From positions 160,001 through 224,000 of the forward strand of contig JBGARZ010000007.1 of the NCBI GenBank assembly GCA_044229975.1: a stretch of DNA of 64,000 nt. The letters run 5' to 3'. Origin of the DNA: Polyangiales bacterium. Its GTDB lineage: Bacteria; Myxococcota_A; Polyangia; Polyangiales; Ga0077539. The first letter of the stretch is position 1; every line of letters starts with the position of its first letter. The translations under genes were made by a program, and so were the position numbers. Of the stretch, positions 39,243 to 49,100 are shown one piece after another. A model generated the notes under the pieces. The model searched no databases. It worked only from the letters and a program-made list of their open reading frames with translations, and had not been told where the DNA came from.

Positions 39243-40961
39243 ATGCGTACCCGCGCCCCGCTCCTCCTGCTCGCCGTCACCGCCCCGCTCGCCTGCGGCG
39301 ACGATCGCCCCTCTTCCGTGGTCCTCGTCGACGCCGGAACCGACGCTTCACCCGATGTTCCGGTCGTCGATGTTCCCGTCGACGTGCCCGTCACGCCGGG
39401 CGCCGCTCGCGTCATCGTCGAGCACTATGACTACGACCTCGACGTCGCCGCCCGCCGCGGCCGCGCCAGCCTGCGCCTCCGCGTCACCGCCGCGGGCGAC
39501 TGCGTGTCCCTCCCGTTTCGTCCCACGGCGGCCGACGACGTGACCCTCGACGGCGCCCCGGCTCGCGACGTCATGGTCGCCGGCGGCCGCCTCGTCGCGT
39601 GCGACCCTACCGGTCAGGGCTACGCCGTCGGGAGCACCGTCACCCTCGCCGCGGGCTCCTCGCTCATGGGAACCGCCACGCTCCGCAACACCCAGGTCGG
39701 CTTCAGCTCCCGCGTCGACTCCGCGGGCGGAAACTTCACCTACCTCCTCTCGTGGGTCGGCCAGTGCGACCGCTTCGGGGCCTGCGACAACGACCCGGGG
39801 GTGTTCGCCACCTACCACTTCAACGTCACGCACGCGGCCAACCAGCGGGTCTTCTGCCCCGGAACCATCACCCCCACCGAGACGCGCACCGAGTGCGACT
39901 TCCGCTTCGAGGGCGGCCCGACGTACAGCACCTTCGGCGTGATGATCGGCCAGCGCTGGCTCGACCACCCGCTCGGCCGCGCCGCCAACGTCGACCTCAT
40001 CCTCTATGACCTCCTGGACACCGGCGTCACCGCGGCCCTCGACGCGACCCGGGTGCAGGGGATGGTGTCGTTCATGAGCGAGCGCTTCGGGCGCTACCCC
40101 TACGGCAACACCCTGCGCTTCGTGGTGGCTCCGACGACCTGGGCGGGCTTCGAGCACCCCGGCAACATCGCCCTCGCGCAGACCCTCGCCAACGGCAACG
40201 CCGAGCACACCGTCTTCCACGAGATCGCCCACCAGTGGGCCGGCGACCAGACCACCATCGCCTCGGTGCGCGACTTCGTCTGGAAGGAGGCCATGGCCGA
40301 GTACCTGAGCTTCGTCTACGAGTCGACGCGCCTCGGCGACGCGCGGGGCATCACCACCGCGCGCATCTGGAAGGACTCCGCCCGCTCGCTCACCAACCAC
40401 CCGGTGCCGCGCGCGGAGGTGCCCATCAACGAGTTCTATGGGTCGGCGTACGGGCCGGGCCCGATGGTGCTCTTCCGGCAGTTGGAGGTTCGCTACTCCC
40501 GCGACGCCGTCATGGGCGCCCTCACCGACCTCCTCGGCCGACCCCGCGCGATCTCCCTCGACGACGTTCGACGCGCCCTCGAAGCGCGCACCTCGGCCAA
40601 CCTCGCGGCCTACTTCACCGGCTGGCTCGTGGGCGACGGCGCGCCTGTCTGGCCGACCGCGCGCGTCACCCGCAACACCGTCGCCGACGGCCCCGTCACC
40701 ATCACCGTCGACCCGCACGGAACGGGTCGCGGGATGATGTTCGTCGTGCGCGTCGAGGGTGCTGCGGGCGAGCGGCTCGATGTCCCCGTCGACCTCGGCA
40801 TTGACGGCGCAGGGTCGCCGACGGTCACCGCACGGCCGGGCTTCGTGGTCACCCGCGTCACCGTCGACCCCGACGCGCAGGCCCTGGTCTACGCGGACAA
40901 CACCGCGAGTGGAGCGCCCGCGGCGAGCGCCCCGCCGGTGCGTCCGTGGCTCGCGCCGTGA
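39243..40961 (+). CDS. M1 family zinc aminopeptidase lipoprotein
   Basis: PLAC lipobox; AGFEH, HEIAHQW and WKEAMAEY motifs. Confidence 0.88.
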   Translation: MRTRAPLLLLAVTAPLACGDDRPSSVVLVDAGTDASPDVPVVDVPVDVPVTPGAARVIVEHYDYDLDVAARRGRASLRLRVTAAGDCVSLPFRPTAADDVTLDGAPARDVMVAGGRLVACDPTGQGYAVGSTVTLAAGSSLMGTATLRNTQVGFSSRVDSAGGNFTYLLSWVGQCDRFGACDNDPGVFATYHFNVTHAANQRVFCPGTITPTETRTECDFRFEGGPTYSTFGVMIGQRWLDHPLGRAANVDLILYDLLDTGVTAALDATRVQGMVSFMSERFGRYPYGNTLRFVVAPTTWAGFEHPGNIALAQTLANGNAEHTVFHEIAHQWAGDQTTIASVRDFVWKEAMAEYLSFVYESTRLGDARGITTARIWKDSARSLTNHPVPRAEVPINEFYGSAYGPGPMVLFRQLEVRYSRDAVMGALTDLLGRPRAISLDDVRRALEARTSANLAAYFTGWLVGDGAPVWPTARVTRNTVADGPVTITVDPHGTGRGMMFVVRVEGAAGERLDVPVDLGIDGAGSPTVTARPGFVVTRVTVDPDAQALVYADNTASGAPAASAPPVRPWLAP

Positions 40962-41032
40962 CCTGACGAAAAGGGTGACGGCCGCCGTGTCGCGCGTTGG
41001 GCGATGGCCTCATGCGCGGTAACTTATCGGGC

Positions 41033-41869
41033 ATGCGACCAGTGGTGATCTTCGGGACGATCGCGGCGACCATGGTGTGCTGGCTCTCGACGCGCATGTG
41101 GTTGGGCGATGTGTTGTCGGTGTGGAAGGTGAGCTGCCTGCTCGGGGCGTGGGCGCCCATCGGCGCGGCGGCGGTGTTTCTCTACGTGCGCGAGGTGGGC
41201 GACAACGAGCACGGGGTGTTCGCCGCGTGGTGCGTGCGCGCCATCGGGATGCACTGGACCCTCGTGTGGCTCGTCGGCATGTCCGACTGGCTCCGCGGCC
41301 CGCCGCACACCCCGCCCGCGTGGAACTCCGACGTCGGCATGCCCCTCGTCTTCCTCGCGTTCATCCCCGTCTTCGCGCTCTCCGTGGCCGCCCTGCAATG
41401 GACCCGCTCGGTGGCAGCCCGCTTCGGCGAGCACCTCCGCGCCCGCCAGGCTGGCGCGCTCCACGTCGTCGACGGCGCGCGCAGCCCGTACCGCGGCGCC
41501 ACCACCGAGCTCCGTCGCGTCGTGCCCCCGCTCGCGCCCGCGCCCTTCGCGCCGGTGCTCATCGGGGCCGTCGGCCTCGGCGCCACCTGGGTCGCGCTCT
41601 CCACCTCGCTCTCCTCCACGATGGTGCTCATCGGCACCTCCGTCGCGCTGTGCCTGGTGTCGCTCCGTAGTGCGCGCGCCGTCGAGCCGTCGGTGTGCGC
41701 CCTCGTCGCCGTCGGCGGTCTGCTCGTGACCCGCGCGCAGCACTTCGACACGCTCGTCATCGTCGACCGCGGGATGCTCTGGCCCGTCGCCGCGCTCGCG
41801 GGTCTCGCGCTCTACCTGGTGCTCCTCGAAGGTCGGCTCTTCCTCACGCGGGCTCGCGCACAGGGCTGA
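41033..41869 (+). CDS. Hypothetical multi-pass membrane protein
   Basis: About 8 hydrophobic segments. Confidence 0.6.
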   Translation: MRPVVIFGTIAATMVCWLSTRMWLGDVLSVWKVSCLLGAWAPIGAAAVFLYVREVGDNEHGVFAAWCVRAIGMHWTLVWLVGMSDWLRGPPHTPPAWNSDVGMPLVFLAFIPVFALSVAALQWTRSVAARFGEHLRARQAGALHVVDGARSPYRGATTELRRVVPPLAPAPFAPVLIGAVGLGATWVALSTSLSSTMVLIGTSVALCLVSLRSARAVEPSVCALVAVGGLLVTRAQHFDTLVIVDRGMLWPVAALAGLALYLVLLEGRLFLTRARAQG

Positions 41870-41927
41870 GCGGGGCTGTCGATCGCGGCACCTCGTCTCT
41901 AGATGGGGTGCTCGGAGGAGACATCCC

Positions 41928-42368
41928 ATGAGCAAGATTTTGGTTCCGCTGGACTCGACGCCCGTCGCCGCGGCGGTGCTGTCGACGGCCGTGCAGCTCG
42001 CCCGCTGGCAGGGCGCCGACCTCCTGCTGCTGCGCGCCATCGGCGTGCCCACCGAGCTCCCGCTGGAGGCGTACGCGATGGCGCCCGACAACGTCGCGGG
42101 GCTGCTGGAGAAGAGCGCGCGCTCGGAGCTCGCCCGCATCGCCGCGGAGGTCCCCGCGGGCGTCGCGGCGAGCGTGCATGTGGAGTTCGGCGCGGCGTGG
42201 CGGGTCATCTGCGACGTCGCCAAGGACCAGGGGGTCTCGCTCATCGTGATGGGCGCGCACAACCACCGCATCCTCGACGGCGTGCTCGGGACGACGGCGA
42301 GTCGGGTGGTCAATCACTCCGATCGGTCGGTGTTCCTCGTGAGGGAGCCCGCGGCGCCGAAGGGGTGA
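41928..42368 (+). CDS. Universal stress protein
   Basis: KILVPLD and IVMGAH...LGTTASRVV motifs; GGAGGAG RBS. Confidence 0.92.
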   Translation: MSKILVPLDSTPVAAAVLSTAVQLARWQGADLLLLRAIGVPTELPLEAYAMAPDNVAGLLEKSARSELARIAAEVPAGVAASVHVEFGAAWRVICDVAKDQGVSLIVMGAHNHRILDGVLGTTASRVVNHSDRSVFLVREPAAPKG

Positions 42369-42369
42369 G

Positions 42370-42649
42370 ATCACCGCTCGACGGAATGCGCTCGCGCCGG
42401 GAGGTGAGCGCCCGGAGCGCACCGCTCAAGCCCGCGGTCGAGTCCCGTAGCCCCACGAGACCCGATGAGTCGTTTGGACCGGTGACTGCGGGCCTGAGCG
42501 TTGCGCGCCGCGCTGACGCCGCGGCGTGGGCCCCGGTGACTGCGGGCCTGACCGGTGCGCGCCGCGCTGACGCTGCGGCGTGGGCCCCGGTGACTGCGGG
42601 CGCGGTCGTCGCTCGCCCGATGTCCAGCACCGACAACCCGAGGGGTGTC
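42370..42649. repeat. Family C repeat element (partial): central core plus 54-bp tandem units
   Basis: Units start at 42481, 42535 and 42589; core gagtcccgtagcc..cgagacc.gatgagtcgtt.ggaccgg is shared with 44458-44883. Confidence 0.85.
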
Positions 42650-42831
42650 GCTGGAGTCGGCCATCCTGGCCGACGGGACCGGAGTGGAGTTCTTGTGGAG
42701 GGAGCGTGCGACGCGGGTGTACCGCCGACACGAGAGCTGGTGGTCGCGCGATTGCCTCGATGACTGGGACAACTGCGTGGCGGAAGGGGTGGGTCGACGA
42801 GCGCGATCGATCGTCGCCATGAAGCGAGCGC

Positions 42832-43130
42832 CTACCAGGCGCCCGTGATGGGCAGGTCGCCCACGGCCCCGAAGGTCGGCACGCAGCGGTCGACGGAGCA
42901 CTCGTCGAAGCGACCGTTGTCGTTGAGGTCGAGGATCCAGGTGCGATCGCTCGGGCGGAAGATGCCGATGGCGGTGCGGCCGGTGCCCGTCCAGTCGCCC
43001 GTCACGGGGAGGTCACCCGGACCGCCGAAGCCGTCGAGGCAGCGGTCGACGGAGCAGCCGTCGAACACGAGGTTGTTGTTGAAGTCGAGCGCCCACGTCC
43101 GGTCGTTGGGGCGGTAGATGCCGACGGCGG
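42832..43130 (-). pseudogene. C-terminal remnant of an FG-GAP/VCBS-like repeat protein
   Basis: Two GIxRP..RTW.LD.N.N..FD.C.VDRC...FG..GDLP.TG.W repeats with no plausible start. Confidence 0.6.
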
Positions 43131-43236
43131 CCCGAAGGGACGCCCCGGGAGCATCAAGTGCGTCTGGGCGGGCGAGGGCGACGAGCTGCTTGTCGGCACC
43201 GAGTACATGGTCGAGATTGGTTGAGGCGAACCCACG

Positions 43237-44457
43237 ATGGCGACCCGATTGAAGGTTCCGTTCGCGCTGCACCCCGCGCTGAACCTGCGCAGCAACATCA
43301 CCATCGCCGACGGAAGCGAGGCGGTGCTGAGCCCCGATGGCACCACGGCAGGGGTGATCCGCGGCGGGTACGGTCAGAGCTGCCTCGAACTCCACACGCT
43401 GGCCACCGGGGCCGTCGAGGTTGTTCTGCCCGCGCAATCCGCGCACGGCATCGAGCACCTGGTCTGGTCACGCGACGGTCGCCGGTGGGCCGTCGGGCAG
43501 CTCCGCTTCGAGGGCAACGACCGCAACGGGATGGTCTTCATCGGCGAGCGCGGTCGCGCCGACCTGCTCTCGGTGGCTCGCACCGCGGCGTACGGTGGGG
43601 TGACGCTCAACGCCCAGGCGCGACCGTCGCCGCTGCTCGCGTTTTCACCGGACGCTGAGCGGGTGGTGCTGCGGGTGTGCGGCGACGACCGCAACGCGCT
43701 CATGCACATCGCCGCGGCGACCGGCGCCGTGCGCGAGCAGTGGCTCGACCCCTCGGAGCAGGACGTCTTCGCCCACGCCTTCGCCGACGACGGAACGCTC
43801 TACACCGCCTGTGCGTGGGCGGGCGACACCGCTGGCCTCGCGTGGTACCCGCCGGGCGCCGCGGGCCCGGCCGGGCGGCTCGCGTGGCCCCACGGGCTGG
43901 TCATCGTCCCGACGGGTCGCGGGCTGTGGACGCTGGGCAACCCGAGCTGTTGCTTTCGCGTGGCGCCGGGCCCTGCGATGCCCGTTGTTGCGGCGGTGCC
44001 CTCGCGGCGCGAGCGAGTCGAAGCACTCCGCGCGCGCGCCTCCACCCGGTGGGACCAGGAGTATCTGGATCAGGTTCTCCAGCGGCTCACGGAAGGGCCA
44101 CCGACGCTGGACTACCACCCGTCGCGCAACGAGGTGCAGGGAGGCGCCGAGCTCCCGCGGCAGAGCGGCTTCCGCGTGCTGGAGCACGAGCTGTCGTGGG
44201 AGACGTCGTTCGCGTCGCGCCTCGGCGACGATGACCTCGTGGTGTCGGACGGCGTGGGCGTGTGGCGGTGGCATGACGACGGCGCTTCGCTCGCCCGCGA
44301 GCTGCTGGTCGACGACACGCAGCGATGCACCCACCGGGCGCCGCGCATCATCGGGATCTCGACCGCCGGCGACACGCTCGCGCTGCTCTGGAAGCAGGAC
44401 GCGCGCGGCGCGAAGACCGTGCTCTCGCTCTTCGACGTCGCCCGCGCGGCGACCTGA
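43237..44457 (+). CDS. Hypothetical beta-propeller-like protein
   Basis: LSPDG, VWSRDG, FSPDA and FADDG blade-type motifs. Confidence 0.65.
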   Translation: MATRLKVPFALHPALNLRSNITIADGSEAVLSPDGTTAGVIRGGYGQSCLELHTLATGAVEVVLPAQSAHGIEHLVWSRDGRRWAVGQLRFEGNDRNGMVFIGERGRADLLSVARTAAYGGVTLNAQARPSPLLAFSPDAERVVLRVCGDDRNALMHIAAATGAVREQWLDPSEQDVFAHAFADDGTLYTACAWAGDTAGLAWYPPGAAGPAGRLAWPHGLVIVPTGRGLWTLGNPSCCFRVAPGPAMPVVAAVPSRRERVEALRARASTRWDQEYLDQVLQRLTEGPPTLDYHPSRNEVQGGAELPRQSGFRVLEHELSWETSFASRLGDDDLVVSDGVGVWRWHDDGASLARELLVDDTQRCTHRAPRIIGISTAGDTLALLWKQDARGAKTVLSLFDVARAAT

Positions 44458-44883
44458 GACACCCGTCGGGCGATGGGTGCTCGACATCGGGCGCGCACCG
44501 GTCGGGCCCGCAGTCGTCGGGCCCACGCCGCAGCGTCAGCGCGGCGCGCACCGGTCAGGCCGCAGCCACCGGGGCTCGCGCCGCGGCGTCAGCGCGGCGC
44601 GCACCGGTCAGGCCCGCAGTCGTCGGGCCCACGCCGCAGCGTCAGTGCGGCGCGCAACGGTCAGGCCCGCAGTCGAGTCCCGTAGCCTTGCGAGACCGGA
44701 TGAGTCGTTCGGACCGGGGCTGCGGGCCTGACCGGTGCGCGCCGCGCTGACGCCGCGGCGTGGGCGCCGGTGGCTGCATGCCTGACCGTTGCGCGCCGCG
44801 CTGACGCCGCGGCGTGGGCGCCGGTGGCTGCTGGCCTGACCGATGCGCGCCCGATGTCGAGCACCCATCGCCCGACGGGTGTC
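44458..44883. repeat. Family C MITE-like element: 40-bp terminal inverted repeats enclosing inverted arrays of ~53-bp units
   Basis: 44458-44497 pairs with 44844-44883; units at 44491, 44544, 44597 and 44650, then inverted units after the core. Confidence 0.9.
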
Positions 44884-44945
44884 CCGGCGCCGGGTGCTTG
44901 TGAGACGCGCGGAGACCGGCGATGTTTCGGGTCGGGAGGCCGACG

Positions 44946-45491
44946 ATGACCCCACGCGTTCGTTCGATGTCCGAGTTTGAGAACACGCGCTCGGGAATGC
45001 TCGCCGGCGTCATCCTCGGAGCGCTCGCGACGACCCTCTGCGGCCTGGTCACGCTCGCCGCGATCGGGGACGTGTTTCAGAGACTGAGCTCACCCTTCGG
45101 CGTCGGTGTCACCTCGATCGTCGTCGCGGGCGCGGGCTTCGTCGGAGCCGCCATCTTCGGGCTCATGGGCTACTCTTCCCGCCGAACGCTCGCGCGCTGG
45201 CAGCGCATCAACGACCGACCCGTGATGGCGTGGGGGACACTGGGCGAGCCCCACCGGACCAACACGCGAATCAACCGCCGGTATCTCTACGAGCTCCCGG
45301 TCATGGTCACGCCTCCGCAGGGAGCCCCCTACGCGACGGTGGCCAGGTGGTTCTACCCGTCGGAGCTGCGCGACATCGTGACGGCCAACGCGCGCGTCGT
45401 CGTGCGGATCGACCCCGAAGACGCCAAGACCGTCCTCGTTGATTGGGACCAGACCCGCGAAGCGATGGGCCTGCCGCCAGCTTCCAGGTGA
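44946..45491 (+). CDS. Hypothetical membrane protein (two TM helices plus OB-like C-terminus)
   Basis: Two hydrophobic helices; VVVRIDPED end motif. Confidence 0.6.
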   Translation: MTPRVRSMSEFENTRSGMLAGVILGALATTLCGLVTLAAIGDVFQRLSSPFGVGVTSIVVAGAGFVGAAIFGLMGYSSRRTLARWQRINDRPVMAWGTLGEPHRTNTRINRRYLYELPVMVTPPQGAPYATVARWFYPSELRDIVTANARVVVRIDPEDAKTVLVDWDQTREAMGLPPASR

Positions 45492-45514
45492 CGCCACCGC
45501 GGGTGACGCTCTCC

Positions 45515-45904
45515 ATGCGCTCGATACGCGCGCTGCTGTTGTGGAGTGTTCTCGCGCTCGGATGCTCCGAGGTGGCGACGCCGGGCGACGCCGCGGCGGA
45601 TGTGCCCGGCGCCTGCAATGTTCGCCACGACGTGCCGATGGTGGCCGTCAGCACGGTCTGCGACGGCATGGGGGTGGCGGCTTGCGAGCGGTTCGCCGCC
45701 GGCAGCGGTACGGGGCTCCGCACCTACGCGACCTGCATCCCCGTCACGAACCTGTGCGTGTTCGCCAACCGCTGCGCCTCGCTCGACGTCGCGAGCTGCC
45801 GGTGCGGGACGGAGCCGCCCTGCCGCGAGGGCGAGGTCTGCGCGGCGGGCGCGGCGGGCGCGGCGGGTGACATCCCGCACTGCGCCTGCGTCGGTGCGCC
45901 GTAG
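45515..45904 (+). CDS. Small Cys-rich lipoprotein
   Basis: LALGC lipobox; many Cys. Confidence 0.6.
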   Translation: MRSIRALLLWSVLALGCSEVATPGDAAADVPGACNVRHDVPMVAVSTVCDGMGVAACERFAAGSGTGLRTYATCIPVTNLCVFANRCASLDVASCRCGTEPPCREGEVCAAGAAGAAGDIPHCACVGAP

Positions 45905-46117
45905 GAGGGGAATGGTGGTCGCTGCCGGTTGCGTATCGGCTCGCTGCCGCAGCACTTCGGCGAGACTCCGTCGGCATGACCTCGGGTGGTTGCTGGTGGC
46001 CAGCTACGAGGGCGCGGCCGTCGTGCGCGGAGCCCTTCGACGCTGTCGCGCTCGAACTCGCTGAGCTCTACGGTCGACTGAGCGCTGCCCCCCACCTGCG
46101 ATACCCTCCCGCCCCTG

Positions 46118-49100
46118 GTGGCACGACTCAACAAGATCGCGTTCAAGCACTACGTCGAGACCGGCTGCGACCGGCGGCTCCTCTGGGACGTCGCCGAGGC
46201 CGACCCCGACTGGCTCTCGCCCTACCGCGAGCTCGTCCCGCCCGCCTTCGAGCGCCGCGACGCCGCCCGCCTCGGCCACGTCTGGGAGCAGCGCGTCTAC
46301 AAGGCCCTCCGTCAGCTCCCCGGCGCCCACGCCGAGCTCGATCGCGCCGACAACGTCACCACCACCCGCCTCGACCCCGCCACACTCCGCTCGCTCGCCG
46401 ACGCCGCGCGCGTCACCCCGCAGATCCTCCTCGAACACGAAGCCGCCGCGCCCGAGAGCTTCTACCGCTTCCTCCTCGGCGCGAGCGCCAACGGCCCGCT
46501 CGCCGTCTCGCTCCCCGAGCAGGGCATGCGCCCCGACGTGCTCATCGTCTCCGCCGCGGACGACACCCTCCGCCGCGAGGTGATGCCCGACGGACGCCTC
46601 CGCACGCTCCCGCCCGCCGAGCGCGCCGTGCGCCTCGCGCTGCGCATCATCGACGTCAAGCACACCAGCGAGCACGGCGTCGGCCGCTCGCACTTCGTCG
46701 AGCTCCTCTTCTACGCCCACGGGCTCTCGCACTGGCTCCGCGTCCACGCGCTCGAAGACCGCTTCTTCGTCGCCGCCGACGGCCACGGCATCTTGCCCTT
46801 CGCCGACGACCCCTTCGCCGGACTCACCCTCGCGCGTGTCACCCATGAGCTCGTCGTCCCGCTCGTCTGGGACGACACCCGCGTGCTCTTCGAGCGCGTT
46901 CGTGATCGCGTCCGCGAGCTCGGCCTCGCGCGCCCACACGACCCCGACGCGGTGCCCGTCCGCGTGCAGCCCGCATGCGGAACCTGCCACTACCTCAACG
47001 ACTGCAAGATCTCCCTCGAACGCGGCTCCACCGACCCCGGCGACTGGGACCTCCGCCTCATCCCCTACACCTCTCCCGCCATCGCCGAGCTCCTTCGCTC
47101 GCAGGAGCACCTCGACACCGTCCGCGACGTCGCCACGCGCCTCGTCGCGCATCCCGCCGTCACGGGCTACGACCCGCTCTACGCCGAGCGCCCGATGCTG
47201 CGCCTGCGCGCCCGCGCCCTCGTCGAGCGAACCCGCGTCCCCGCCCACTCCCTCGACCTCGGCGGCCAGCGGCACCTCTCCATGGCGCTGCCGAAGTACA
47301 GCGACATCACGCTGCTCGTCGACCTCGAAGCCGACCCCACCCACGACGTCGTCTTCGGCGCCGCGCTGCGCCTGGAGATCGGCTGCGCCCCGACCGCGGT
47401 TTACCGACCCGTGTATGAACGCTGGTGGTCGCAGCTCCGCCCGCTGGTGGAGTCCGACCTCGCGCCCGCGGCGCTGGGCAAGGCCGTCGCGGCGCTGCGA
47501 TCGTCGCTCGACGAGGACTTCCTCAAGGCCGCCGGGAGCACTCCCACCGTCGACGCGCTGCTCACGGAAGCGGGCACCGCGCTGGGGCTCTTGCGGGACG
47601 GCGGCAAGCTCACCTTCGTCGACCCGAAGGACAGCGCCGACGCCACGCTAAGGGTGCGCTGGACGTGGCAGTACGTCGCCGGGGACGTCGACCCGTTGGA
47701 GGAGTTCGAGCTCGCGAAGGACCTCCTCCAACAGCTCTCGGCCTGCGTGATGCTGGGCAACGCGATGGAGTCCCTGGTGGGCGCCGCGGTGCCGCGGCAG
47801 GGCGCCGAGGGGAGGGGGTACGTCAGCGCGCAGTCGCCGTCGCTGGCGGTGTTCTATTGGTCCGACGATCAGGTCGACAACGCGCAGGACATGCTCGAAC
47901 GGCAGGTGCATCGCATCAACGCCGACGCCACGCTGCGCCGCCGCTTCGAGGAGCTGCTGCAATGGCTGGCCCCGTCGGAGTCGGGCGTGGTGCATGCCTC
48001 GCGGCACCAGAAGCTCTTCAACCTCCGGGCCTTCGTCGAGACCACGCAGGGCCTGCCCCACGTCATCAACTGCACCTGGCACGAGCTGCTCACGAGCGAG
48101 TTTGGCTGGAGCGTGTCGCACCAGTTCTGGGCTCCGCACTTCAACTACATGGACCACGCCACCTGGCACGCCGCCATCGAGGAGGGCAACCAGAACAAGC
48201 GCGCCCAGCGCCTCGCCCGCATCGGCGAACAGCTCGACGTGAAGCTCCAGGGCGTCGACCGCATCCTCGGCCTCGTGCGCCGCGAGATGCGCGACGAGCT
48301 CGTGCTGCGCGAGGCCACTGCCGTGCGCCGCATGCGCGAGGGCCTGCGCGTGGGCGACCTGCACGCGATCGCGCGCACCTGGTACATGTTCCAGAAGCTG
48401 AGCGCGACGGCCGGGCAGTTGAAGGCCGACGACGCGCGGTACAGCTACCCCTCGAAGGGCATCGGGCGGCTCACCGCGGCGGAGGTGAGCGGGCTGGCGG
48501 TGTTCGCCCCCGACGCCGAGCACGAGCACGGCGGCGTGACCTTCGAGCTGCGCGGGATGTCCGCCGAGGTGCGCTTCAAGGAGGGCGACCACGTGCTGCT
48601 GGTGCCGGAGTCGAAGCGGGCCTTTGCGTCGCTCGACGAGTGGAAGCTGGAGCTGGAGACGATGCGCTACGACGCCGCCCAGCGCTGCTACCGCTGCGTC
48701 GCCGCGGCGAGGGACAAGCGCTTCGTCACCGCAGTGGGAGCGGTCGACGACGCCGAGAGCGTGTACCTCTACCCGACGGCCTCGGACCTCTGGTCGGGTC
48801 GGCTGCTCGACAACAAGGACGGGCTCCTGCGCCGCTGGTCGTGGCGCGCCGGGCACTCGTGGCTGGGTCACCGCGCGTCGTACCTGATGGGCCTCAACGC
48901 CGACGCCGCGCTGCCGGCGCCCGCGAGCCTGACCTTCTCCGCCGCGGAGGCGTACGTCTTCGCGCCCGCGCTGCTGCCCGCGGGGCGCATCGACGCGGGT
49001 GACCCGCTTCGTACGACGGTCTCGCCGCCGCCCGACGCGTCGCAGGAGGCCGCCATCCGCGCCGCGCTCGGCAGTACCATCACCTGCCTCCAGGGGCCGC

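Noticed and set aside
42437..44717. Core gatgagtcgtt.ggac of family C resembling a hammerhead ribozyme
   Set aside because: Lacks the CUGAUGA and GAAA catalytic core (reads cc/cg-gatgag and has no downstream GAAA)
44491..44843. Tandem units as a CRISPR array
   Set aside because: Units are contiguous with no unique spacers, are arranged as an inverted pair, and no cas genes are nearby
46118..47100. Cas4-like domain as evidence of a CRISPR-Cas locus
   Set aside because: It is fused to an SF1 helicase, and there are no cas1/cas2 genes or array
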